Assembly (NCBI GenBank): GCA_037442925.1
Contig: JBBIPG010000021.1
Coordinates: 1 to 32,065 of the forward strand
DNA length: 32,065 bases
DNA from: Candidatus Fraserbacteria bacterium
GTDB lineage: Bacteria > Bipolaricaulota > Bipolaricaulia > RBG-16-55-9
Direction of reading: 5' to 3'
Of the stretch, positions 17,249-25,242 are shown one piece after another (positions within the stretch are counted from its first letter, which is position 1; every line of letters starts with the position of its first letter). The notes under the pieces are model-generated. The model searched no databases. It was not told the DNA's origin and worked only from the letters and a program-made list of their open reading frames with translations. Both the position numbers and the translations under genes were made by a program.

Positions 17249-19744
17249 ATGAAAAGCAATAAACTACTAATCGTAGGGATACTGGCAGTGTTGGTCCTGG
17301 GGTTCCTTGCTGAACCCGCTTTTGGTCAAGCAAGAAAAGAACAGAAAGTCCTTCAGGACTTGCAAGATACGGGTCAAGCGCGGGTTATCATCGTGTTAAA
17401 GGATTTTGTTCCTTTCGATGCTCCATTGGATCAGGTGAGGGATGCTGTAGCCAGAGCGCAAGAGGCCGTCTTGAATGCCTTATCTCAAGCTGACTTCGAG
17501 TTGCGATTCAAATACCAGGTTGTACACGCTCTAGCTGGTAGTATTACATCAAGCGGGTTAGACAAACTAAAGGATCATCCCTTAGTGGAAAGCATCGAGC
17601 CGGATGAATGGCATGCTGCCCCCAACTCGCAATCGCGCATACGCGCGCAACTCACTGAAAGCGTTCCTCTCATCAACGCTACAGCTGCCCACAGCAAAGG
17701 AATCACCGGCACTGGTGTCGTGGCAGCACTTGTAGACTCTGGTGTGGATTTTACCCATCCAGATCTACAGGACTCCCGTGTCGCAGAGAAATGTTTTGAG
17801 GGATGCACACAAGGTCCTGACAAAGCGCCAGATGATTGCAATCACGGTACTCCTGCCGCTGGAATTATCACCTCGAATGGGACTGTCGCTCCCAAAGGGG
17901 TAGCTCCAAACGCAAAGATCGTCGCCGTAAAAGTCTTTGCGTGGGATGGTAGCCAATGTGGAGGCTTCGATTCTGCAGTCCTATTTGGAATCGACTGGGT
18001 TATCCAGACGAAAAGCACCTATGGGACTTCCATTATGATCGTAAATCACCAGGGTCGTCTGTACAGTGTCGAATGCGACAACAATGAAGGAGGCTACAGA
18101 GACGCAATCAACAGAGCCAAAGCCAATGGGATCGTCACTATTGCTCCCACAGGTAACCACGGTTCGGCAACTTCCATATCGACTCCAGGCTGCTTAAGGA
18201 ATGTGATCTCTGCCGCCGTTGCCTACGATGCCAATATAGGGAGCATAAGCTATCCGGGTATATGCGCTGATTCAACAACCTTTGCAGACAAAGTGACGTG
18301 TTACTCCAACACCAATGCTTACGCGGATGTGGTGGCACCAGCTCAAACTGCAACGACGACTAGGGCAGGGGGAGGAACCACTAACTTCGGAGGCACGTCA
18401 GCGGCCGCACCGATGGCCACGGCCCTCGCTGCACTCATGAAGCAAGCCAATCCCTCAATAAGCCCAGACGGAATTATGAGTATTCTCAAGAGCAGTGGTG
18501 TCGCTGTCACGGACACCAAGAACAATTTGACCTTCCCACGTGTGGATGCGTTCTCGGCCCTCTTCATCGAGATCGGAGAAGTCAATGTCAACTACAACTG
18601 GCTCACCGTGACTCTCAAGCGCAAGTTCACCAACCCCGTGGTAGTAGCCAAGCCGATGGGCTCCAGCGATACCCGCCCGGCCCTCGTGCGCCTTGGCAAC
18701 ATTACCTCCACCAGCTTCCAGATCCGTATCCAGGAGTGGGATTACCTCCTCCCCGAGGACCACGGCTACGAGCGAGTAGGCTACATCGTCATGGAGAAGG
18801 GTTTTTATAATCTCAAGAGCAAAGGAGGCGTCAGCTACCAAGCGGCAGCAGGCACGGTCAACACTAGCTGCACGAACGGCTGCTGGGCTACCGCTTCCTA
18901 CGGTGGAACCTTCAGTAGCACACCAGCCGTGATGAGCTCGGTGATGACCCTCAATGGAATAGAGGACGCGGTCGTGACCCGCAACACCTCGGTACTGACC
19001 AGCCAGTTCTCGGTGCAGATGCAGGAGGAGGAAGCCAACAATCAGATCCATGCCACAGAGACGCTCGGCTTCCTCGCTTGGTTACCCACAAGCTCAACCT
19101 CGGCCAATAGCTACTACGTGGATGGCAAGATCTTCCAAGTAGCCAGAACGGGCGCAGTGGTGACTGATGCTTTCTACCGCATCAGCTTCAACTCGGCCAT
19201 CAGCGGGACGGGGAGGATTCCCGTCTCCTTAGCCGACATGCAGACTAAGAATGGAACCGATCCAGCGGAACTGCGCTGGCGCAACAAGGGTACGACAGGA
19301 GTGGATGTGAGAGCTGCGGAGGAGCAGTCGCGGGATTCGGAGACGACCCACGCTGCGGAGATTGTGGGCTGGCTGGCCTTTAGTTGCGTGATCTGTACGA
19401 CGTCCTTCAGCTCTTCTTCCCTCTCATCCACGGAGACGGGGAAAGAGGAGTCAACAGAAAGCGTGCTGGCGATACATGGCGTGAAAGCCCTCTCCAGTTC
19501 CTTGCGGGAGATGACCTTTGAAGTCCAGGGGCGAGGCATCGCGAGCCTGCGGGTGGACATCTACGACTTGAACGGTCGAGCCATCTTCACTCAAGAGTCC
19601 ATGGGCAGCCGGCTCACTTGGAACTTGAGAACTCAAGATGGCAAGATCCTTGCCAATGGGGTTTACCTCTACGTGGTGGCGGTGCGCGGGTTCAACGGCG
19701 AGGTGATCCGAAGTCAGGTGAAGAAGCTGGTGATCTTGAGATAA
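17249..19744 (+). CDS. Secreted S8 subtilisin-like protease: propeptide, catalytic domain, three lectin-like repeats and C-terminal FlgD/T9SS-CTD-like domain
   Basis: SD AAGGAG and signal peptide. Catalytic triad VDSG / HGT / GTSAAAP with oxyanion TGN. Three ~80-aa repeats ending H..E.vG[YFW]. C-terminal IYDLNG...LANGVYLY...KKLVILR. Confidence 0.92.
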   Translation: MKSNKLLIVGILAVLVLGFLAEPAFGQARKEQKVLQDLQDTGQARVIIVLKDFVPFDAPLDQVRDAVARAQEAVLNALSQADFELRFKYQVVHALAGSITSSGLDKLKDHPLVESIEPDEWHAAPNSQSRIRAQLTESVPLINATAAHSKGITGTGVVAALVDSGVDFTHPDLQDSRVAEKCFEGCTQGPDKAPDDCNHGTPAAGIITSNGTVAPKGVAPNAKIVAVKVFAWDGSQCGGFDSAVLFGIDWVIQTKSTYGTSIMIVNHQGRLYSVECDNNEGGYRDAINRAKANGIVTIAPTGNHGSATSISTPGCLRNVISAAVAYDANIGSISYPGICADSTTFADKVTCYSNTNAYADVVAPAQTATTTRAGGGTTNFGGTSAAAPMATALAALMKQANPSISPDGIMSILKSSGVAVTDTKNNLTFPRVDAFSALFIEIGEVNVNYNWLTVTLKRKFTNPVVVAKPMGSSDTRPALVRLGNITSTSFQIRIQEWDYLLPEDHGYERVGYIVMEKGFYNLKSKGGVSYQAAAGTVNTSCTNGCWATASYGGTFSSTPAVMSSVMTLNGIEDAVVTRNTSVLTSQFSVQMQEEEANNQIHATETLGFLAWLPTSSTSANSYYVDGKIFQVARTGAVVTDAFYRISFNSAISGTGRIPVSLADMQTKNGTDPAELRWRNKGTTGVDVRAAEEQSRDSETTHAAEIVGWLAFSCVICTTSFSSSSLSSTETGKEESTESVLAIHGVKALSSSLREMTFEVQGRGIASLRVDIYDLNGRAIFTQESMGSRLTWNLRTQDGKILANGVYLYVVAVRGFNGEVIRSQVKKLVILR

Positions 19745-19777
19745 GGGCGTGAGATCTGGCATCGGGATAAGGAACTA

Positions 19778-20998
19778 TTAGTTCTCAGAGCCTATCGTGG
19801 CAGGCTTCGCCCTTAGCATTCGAGATGCGGCGGTCGTCAGAAAAGCCGTGAGCACAAAGGCGACTAGTGTGGAAACAAGCAACGCTTGCTCTACATTGCC
19901 CCATACGTCTGCCAGCACGCCAACCACACTGACCAGCAGCCCTCCGACACCCCAGCCGACCCCCATGACAATCGCCGAGGCCGTGCCCGCCTGCTGCGGC
20001 ACAAGCTCTTGAGCGTGCGCTACGATGACCGGATTCGATGCGTTCAGGATCGCACCACCGAGCAACAAGAAGACAAACGAGGCAAAGCTGGATGTCGCAA
20101 GAAAGCCGATCATCGCGGGAAATCCCGTCCAGAAAGTCCAAAGGATCACAGGCCAGCGCCCCCAGCGGTCTGAAAGATGGCCGCCGAACAGCCCACCTAG
20201 AACACCAATGAGCAAGAAGGCAAATAGTGTGAGGCTGCCGGTCAGGTAGTCCGCGCCGCGCTGGCCGAGCAGAATCAGAAAGAACGTCTGAAACGCGAGC
20301 AGCACGGCATGCCGCAGCACCACAAGCCCCCAAAGCACGAGCAAGGGCTTCATTTGTGAGAGCACTTGGAAACGGGGTGAAACGTTCGCTGAAATGGTGC
20401 TCCCACCGTGATTTTGAGAATTGCTCCATGGTAGATCGCGCTGAAACCGCCAGATCACGAGCCCCAACACAGCCAAAGGTAAGAGAGCCATTGGAGTACG
20501 CTCCAGCCCCCAAGAGTTGAGAAAGAGCGCCATAAGTGCGGGGCCCACAGCAAAGCCCAGAGTACCTGCGCTGATGAAGAGCGACACGTACAGCCCCTTG
20601 CGAGAGGAGAAGAGCTGACCAGAGATGGCCGTCGCTTGTGGATGGAACATCGCCGTGCCCACGGCAGCCAGCAGCAGTGCGATGATGATGAGACTATAGC
20701 TTGGCAGAACACCCACGACGCTCATGAAGGCTCCGGTGAAGAGAGGCCCGATAAGGGCAAAGCGCCAGTACGAAGCGCGATCAGAGAGATACCCAAAGAG
20801 CAGCTGCAAAAAAGACGCCGCCGCCGTGAAAGTGGAGGAGAGCACGGCGACCAGAGTGAAGTTCAACTGGAATTTGTCACGCAAAAGAGGAATGAAGACG
20901 GGTAGAAAATTGGCATACATGTCATTGGTGAAGTGAGCCAGCATGAGTCCCAGCAAACCGAGAGTGCCAGCGCCCGCGAAGGCAACTCTCAGGTTCAT
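19778..20998 (-). CDS. MFS transporter (fosmidomycin-resistance Fsr-like)
   Basis: HFTND, GYLSDR, AMFHPQA and GHLSDRWGR motifs with ~12 TM. ATGA overlap with the upstream gene's stop. Confidence 0.9.
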   Translation of the reverse strand: MNLRVAFAGAGTLGLLGLMLAHFTNDMYANFLPVFIPLLRDKFQLNFTLVAVLSSTFTAAASFLQLLFGYLSDRASYWRFALIGPLFTGAFMSVVGVLPSYSLIIIALLLAAVGTAMFHPQATAISGQLFSSRKGLYVSLFISAGTLGFAVGPALMALFLNSWGLERTPMALLPLAVLGLVIWRFQRDLPWSNSQNHGGSTISANVSPRFQVLSQMKPLLVLWGLVVLRHAVLLAFQTFFLILLGQRGADYLTGSLTLFAFLLIGVLGGLFGGHLSDRWGRWPVILWTFWTGFPAMIGFLATSSFASFVFLLLGGAILNASNPVIVAHAQELVPQQAGTASAIVMGVGWGVGGLLVSVVGVLADVWGNVEQALLVSTLVAFVLTAFLTTAASRMLRAKPATIGSEN

Positions 20999-22179
20999 GG
21001 GCGCACCAGCATACTTAGGAGCGTATGCCCTTCTTGGACGAAGATGCCACTTGCTCTGGTGCAAGATTCGCTAAAGCTAGACTGCGATGACTTGGAAATA
21101 ACTGGATTGCTACGATAGATCAAGAAGGGCACAGGATCGGCGGTGTGCACTCTCAAGCGTACGGGCGTGGGATGATCTGGCAGCAGCAAAATCGAATACT
21201 CAGCGAATTGCCTGAGGCCCGCGAGGATGGGGCCCACAATCTTCTGATCGAAGTCCGCAATGGCCCGGATTTTCTTCTGTACGTCTCCTTCGTGGAGATC
21301 GGAAGAGCGCGCTTCCACATGCACATAGACGAGATCATCGCCCTCTTCCAGGGCGCGTAGTGCGGCTTCTGCTTTGCCTGCATAATTCGTATCCAGATAG
21401 CCGGTCGCTCCTGGCACGCGGATTACTCTGAGTCCAGCATAGACGCCCAAGCCGCGTACCAGATCCACGGCGGAGATGACGGAGCCTGTAAGACCGAAAC
21501 GCTTTTGAAGCGTGGGTATTTGCGGCTTGGGACCCGCTCCCCAGAACCAGACCGCATTGGCTTTCTCGTTCCGTTTGAGAATCGTGCGGGCTCGGTCCAT
21601 GAGTTCGAGCAAGATTTCACTTCCGTTCCCTCGCGGCAGATAAGGCTCAATCGGCTGACCGGGAATGTTGTGTGGCGGCGTGAGCTTTGCACCCTTCATT
21701 GCTTCAAGTCCACCTCGCCAGATCAAGAGGTGCCGGTAGCTCACACCGGCATGGAGTTCAAAGCATTCATCCTCTAGATGAGGGCGAAGCTGCTGGATGA
21801 GCCTGTGAGCCTCTTCTGTGGGAATATGACCGGAGCTGTAGTCTTCCATAACCCACTGGCCATCACGCTCGGCAAGCGTCACCAGATTGCAGCGCAAAAC
21901 TACATCCGCTGGTCCTAGCTCGATCCCCATGCTGGCGGCTTCGATGGGGGCGCGCCCGGTGTAGTAGCACGGAGGGTCGTAGCCCAAGATGCTCATATTG
22001 CCCACGTCACTTCCTGGCTCAAAACCATGGGGGATTGTCTTAACTAGGCCGAAGGTGACCGCGCTTCGTGCCAGTGCATCCATGTGGGGCGTGTGAGCTA
22101 CCTCTAGCGGCGTCTTATTCCCCAAATTGGGCACGGGGTAATCAGCCATGCCGTCGCCGACGAGGATGACGTATTTCAT
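20995..22179 (-). CDS. apgM: Cofactor-independent phosphoglycerate mutase family (ApgM-like; proposed homoserine kinase in thr clusters)
   Basis: GDGMAD, KTPLE, GSDVGN, YTGRAPIEA, SAVDLVRG and PDHPTP...HT.DPVPF. The metal-binding motif reads EARSSDLH because of a probable adapter artifact. Confidence 0.9.
   Translation of the reverse strand: MKYVILVGDGMADYPVPNLGNKTPLEVAHTPHMDALARSAVTFGLVKTIPHGFEPGSDVGNMSILGYDPPCYYTGRAPIEAASMGIELGPADVVLRCNLVTLAERDGQWVMEDYSSGHIPTEEAHRLIQQLRPHLEDECFELHAGVSYRHLLIWRGGLEAMKGAKLTPPHNIPGQPIEPYLPRGNGSEILLELMDRARTILKRNEKANAVWFWGAGPKPQIPTLQKRFGLTGSVISAVDLVRGLGVYAGLRVIRVPGATGYLDTNYAGKAEAALRALEEGDDLVYVHVEARSSDLHEGDVQKKIRAIADFDQKIVGPILAGLRQFAEYSILLLPDHPTPVRLRVHTADPVPFLIYRSNPVISKSSQSSFSESCTRASGIFVQEGHTLLSMLVRP
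21296..21309 (+). other. Illumina TruSeq adapter sequence embedded in the consensus (probable artifact)
   Basis: AGATCGGAAGAGCG is an exact match to the start of the TruSeq read-2 adapter. Confidence 0.88.
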
Positions 22180-22187
22180 TGCGAATC

Positions 22188-22239
22188 ATTGTGTCATGCG
22201 GCGGCGATCTTGTCAACTCCTAAAAAAGTGATGTATACT
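22188..22239. promoter_or_regulatory. Overlapping divergent sigma70-type promoters (apgM-MFS and vapBC)
   Basis: Plus strand TTGTCA (22210..22215)-18-TATACT (22234..22239). Minus strand TTGACA (22216..22211)-17-CACAAT (22193..22188). Confidence 0.65.
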
Positions 22240-22257
22240 CCAGCAGAGGTGGTCGAG

Positions 22258-22506
22258 ATGAAGGCCAGGGTACAGATCTATCTGGAAGAGGAACAAGACC
22301 GGCAGCTAAAGTGCCTGGCCCGGCTCCGACGCGTTTCGAAATCCCGCATCATCAGAGAGAGCATTACCCGCTACCTGGAGGAGCTCGTGCCGGCCGAGGA
22401 GGACCCGGCTTTAGGGATCATCGGTCTGGCCGGCAAGGTCGGCCTTAAGGATCTGTCCCGAAGACATGACGAATACCTGACCAGCTTCAGGCGGCATGAC
22501 AAGTAG
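22258..22506 (+). CDS. vapB: RHH/CopG-family antitoxin (VapB-like)
   Basis: MKARVQIYL...LKCLARLRRVSKSRIIRESITRYL RHH pattern, C-terminal DLSRRHDEYL, overlap with the PIN gene, GAGGT SD. Confidence 0.85.
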   Translation: MKARVQIYLEEEQDRQLKCLARLRRVSKSRIIRESITRYLEELVPAEEDPALGIIGLAGKVGLKDLSRRHDEYLTSFRRHDK

Positions 22507-22933
22507 AGCGCGAAAGAAGACCCGCCCGCGCATCTTCGTGGATACCGGAGCCTGGGTGGCCGCAGCCGTAGAAGACGATGCCTATCATAAAGAGGCAGCT
22601 TACATCTATCCTGAACTACTGCGGAAATTTCATCTCGTAACCACGAACCTGGTGGTTGCTGAGAGCTACATCTTGCTTCGACGGACGTCAGGCCATAAGG
22701 CAGCCATGTCGTTTCTGGAGAGACTTTCGGCCAGCCCCCGCGTTCACAAACTCTACTCCACTCCCCATCTCGAAGAGGAAGCTGAAAAAATCCTCCGGCA
22801 TTATCGAGATCAGGACTTCAGCTACACAGATGCCGTGAGCTTTGCGCTGATGCAGCAGGAGCACATCAAAGAGGCCTTTGCTTTCGATGCTCACTTCCGC
22901 ACGATGGGGTTTCTGCTGGTCCCTAGCGCATGA
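22496..22933 (+). CDS. vapC: PIN-domain toxin (VapC-like)
   Basis: IFVDTGAW, VVAESY, SYTDAVSFALM and FAFDAHF provide the acidic PIN motifs. Confidence 0.92.
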   Translation: MTSRARKKTRPRIFVDTGAWVAAAVEDDAYHKEAAYIYPELLRKFHLVTTNLVVAESYILLRRTSGHKAAMSFLERLSASPRVHKLYSTPHLEEEAEKILRHYRDQDFSYTDAVSFALMQQEHIKEAFAFDAHFRTMGFLLVPSA

Positions 22934-22938
22934 TGAAG

Positions 22939-23991
22939 TCATTGCATGGCTTTTAAGATGGCCTGCATCTCTGCCGGGACTTGACTTGGCTCCGGGACCG
23001 AAGAGAGCGCGCGCTCCGGATCTTTCAGCCCATGGCCGGTTAACGTGCAGACAACTGTTGCATCTTTACGGAAGTAGCTGGTCTTTGCCAGCTTCAGTAC
23101 GCCGGCTACGGACGCTGCCGAAGCGGGTTCGCAGAACACACCCTCTACCTCTGCCAGCATCTTGTACGCACGCAAGATTTCTTGATCACTCACGGCATCC
23201 ATCAAGCCACCGGATTCGTCACGCGCTGCTACGGCGCTTTGCCAGCTAGCTGGGTTTCCGATCTTGATGGCCGTGGCGACCGTCCGCGGATTCTTCACGA
23301 TCCGGCCATGAACAATCGGTGCCGCGCCCTCTGCCTGAAAGCCCAGCATCTTGGGTAGTTGGTTGATCTTCCCTCGCTGGTGATATTCTTTATATCCCTT
23401 CCAGTACGCCGTGATGTTTCCAGCATTGCCCACAGGCAGTGCATGATAATCCGGAGCATCGTCTAATTCATCGCACACTTCAAATGCCGCCGTCTTCTGG
23501 CCCTCGATGCGATATGGGTTCAGTGAGTTCACCAGCGTGATCTTGCGTTCTTCAGTGATTTGCCGGACAAGCGCAAGTGCCTCATCAAATAGACCCTCAA
23601 TCTGGAGCACCTGCGCACCGTGCAGGGTCGCTTGCGCGAGCTTGCCCAAGGCAACGTTACCCTGGGGGATGAGCACATAGCACTTCAATCCTGCACGGGC
23701 GGCATACGCCGCAGCCGAGGCCGCTGTATTGCCCGTGGACGCGCAGATCACAGCCCTACTGCCCTCTTCAACCGCTTTGGAGACGGCTATCGTCATGCCC
23801 CGGTCTTTGAAGGAACCTGTGGGATTGACCCCTTCATACTTCAAATAGATCGCAACCCGGCATGGAAGCAGCGTTTCTAGGCGTCGTGCTCGCAGCAAGG
23901 GGGTATTCCCTTCGCGGAGTGTCACGACGGCTTCTCGATCGATCGGAGGCAAATACTCCCCGTACTGTGCGATGATCCCTTGCCAGTTCAT
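22939..23991 (-). CDS. thrC: Threonine synthase
   Basis: EGNTPL, NPTGSFKDRG, CASTGNT, PVGNAGNI and FCEPASAA. Confidence 0.97.
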   Translation of the reverse strand: MNWQGIIAQYGEYLPPIDREAVVTLREGNTPLLRARRLETLLPCRVAIYLKYEGVNPTGSFKDRGMTIAVSKAVEEGSRAVICASTGNTAASAAAYAARAGLKCYVLIPQGNVALGKLAQATLHGAQVLQIEGLFDEALALVRQITEERKITLVNSLNPYRIEGQKTAAFEVCDELDDAPDYHALPVGNAGNITAYWKGYKEYHQRGKINQLPKMLGFQAEGAAPIVHGRIVKNPRTVATAIKIGNPASWQSAVAARDESGGLMDAVSDQEILRAYKMLAEVEGVFCEPASAASVAGVLKLAKTSYFRKDATVVCTLTGHGLKDPERALSSVPEPSQVPAEMQAILKAMQ

Positions 23992-24010
23992 TCATTCTCC
24001 CAGAGTCTGC

Positions 24011-24039
24011 TTGACAACTCCCGAATACTTCACTATGTT
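24011..24039 (+). promoter_or_regulatory. Sigma70-type promoter for the asd-lysC-hom operon
   Basis: TTGACA-17-TATGTT. Confidence 0.7.
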
Positions 24040-24069
24040 TACCCCACAATACGTTCAGAGGCAAAACGT

Positions 24070-25134
24070 ATGGTGCGAAAACTCAAAGTCGGCATCTTGG
24101 GAGCCACGGGCATGGTGGGGCAACGGTTCATTCAGCTTTTGGATGGCCATCCCTGGTTTGAGGTCGCATTTCTAGCAGCGTCAGAAAAATCTACAGGCAA
24201 GCCCTACGAGAAAGCCTGCAACTGGAAGCTCCCCACTCCGATGCCTGAGAGTGTCAAGCACCTCACGGTGCAAGATCCCGAGCCAGGCTTCGATGTTCCC
24301 ATCGTCTTCTCGGGACTGGACAGCAAAGTCGCAGGGCCTATCGAAGAGGCATTCGCCCAAGCGGGTTGTGCCGTGATCAGCAATTCAAGCAATCACCGCA
24401 TGGACGAGGATGTCCCGCTGCTCATTCCAGAGATCAATCCTGAGCATCTACAGCTCATCGAAGTGCAACGAAGAAAACGTGGCTATAGGGGCTTCATTGT
24501 GACCAACCCCAATTGCTCCACGATCACGCTTTCTCTGGCTTTGGCTCCTCTGGAAAGAGAGTTCGGCGTGGAGAGTGCTTGCGTGACGACGCTACAGGCC
24601 GTCTCCGGCGCGGGTTACCCCGGCGTGCCCTCGCTCGACATTGTGGGGAATATCATCCCTTACATCGCAAACGAGGAAGAGAAGATCGAGATGGAGACGT
24701 GCAAGATCCTGGGGCGGATTGCGAAAGACAAGATCGAGCCTCATCCCATGAAGCTCAGCGCGCAGACCACGCGCGTGGCCGTGCTCGACGGTCACACGGA
24801 AACGGTCTCCGTGAAACTCAAGAAACGTGCGAGTCTGGCTGCGGTGAAAGAGACGCTGAGAGATTATCGCTCGCTGCCGCAGGAGCTCCAGCTGCCCTCT
24901 GCTCCAGCACGACCCATTGTGCTGAAAGACGAACCAGATCGTCCTCAACCCCGGCTGGACGTAGAACTGGGAAAGGGCATGGCCACGGTCGTCGGCCGCG
25001 TGCGTGAGTGCCCGATCTTTGACGTGAAATTCGTGATCTTGGGACACAATACGATCCGAGGAGCAGCCGGAGCTGCTATTCTAAATGCCGAGCTCCTCAA
25101 GGCTCAAGGGATGCTTGATGTCTTCACAGAATAG
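24070..25134 (+). CDS. asd: Aspartate-semialdehyde dehydrogenase (archaeal/fungal-like subtype)
   Basis: GATGMVGQ, TNPNCST (catalytic Cys), QAVSGAGY, RPQPRLD and GHNTIRGAAG. Confidence 0.97.
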   Translation: MVRKLKVGILGATGMVGQRFIQLLDGHPWFEVAFLAASEKSTGKPYEKACNWKLPTPMPESVKHLTVQDPEPGFDVPIVFSGLDSKVAGPIEEAFAQAGCAVISNSSNHRMDEDVPLLIPEINPEHLQLIEVQRRKRGYRGFIVTNPNCSTITLSLALAPLEREFGVESACVTTLQAVSGAGYPGVPSLDIVGNIIPYIANEEEKIEMETCKILGRIAKDKIEPHPMKLSAQTTRVAVLDGHTETVSVKLKKRASLAAVKETLRDYRSLPQELQLPSAPARPIVLKDEPDRPQPRLDVELGKGMATVVGRVRECPIFDVKFVILGHNTIRGAAGAAILNAELLKAQGMLDVFTE

Positions 25135-25210
25135 CCGCCTTGGGAAGCGGATCGTCGTCATCGGCACAACGGGCTCAGGCAAGACGACGTTGGCACAGCA
25201 GCTGGGCTAA
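25118..25210 (+). pseudogene. Truncated P-loop kinase remnant (MSSQNSRLGKRIVVIGTTGSGKTTLAQQLG*)
   Basis: ATG overlaps the end of asd. An intact beta-strand plus Walker A (GxxGxGKT) and helix start is followed by TAA at 25208..25210. Confidence 0.75.
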
Positions 25211-25242
25211 TTTAATTCGGGAGGGATGCTCTGGGCAAGATC

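Noticed and set aside
21280..21325. Catalytically dead or neofunctionalised ApgM (EARSSDLH motif)
   Set aside because: The altered codons coincide exactly with an Illumina adapter sequence, so an artifact is far more likely.
22194..22933. 7-bp inverted repeat tcatgcg/cgcatga flanking vapBC as mobile-element ends
   Set aside because: Too short to exceed chance, with no target duplication or transposase.
24040..24069. Thr/Lys attenuator, T-box or lysine riboswitch ahead of the amino-acid operons
   Set aside because: The thrC-asd intergenic region is only 78 nt, and the asd-lysC gap is explained by a kinase remnant. No leader peptide or riboswitch structure was seen.
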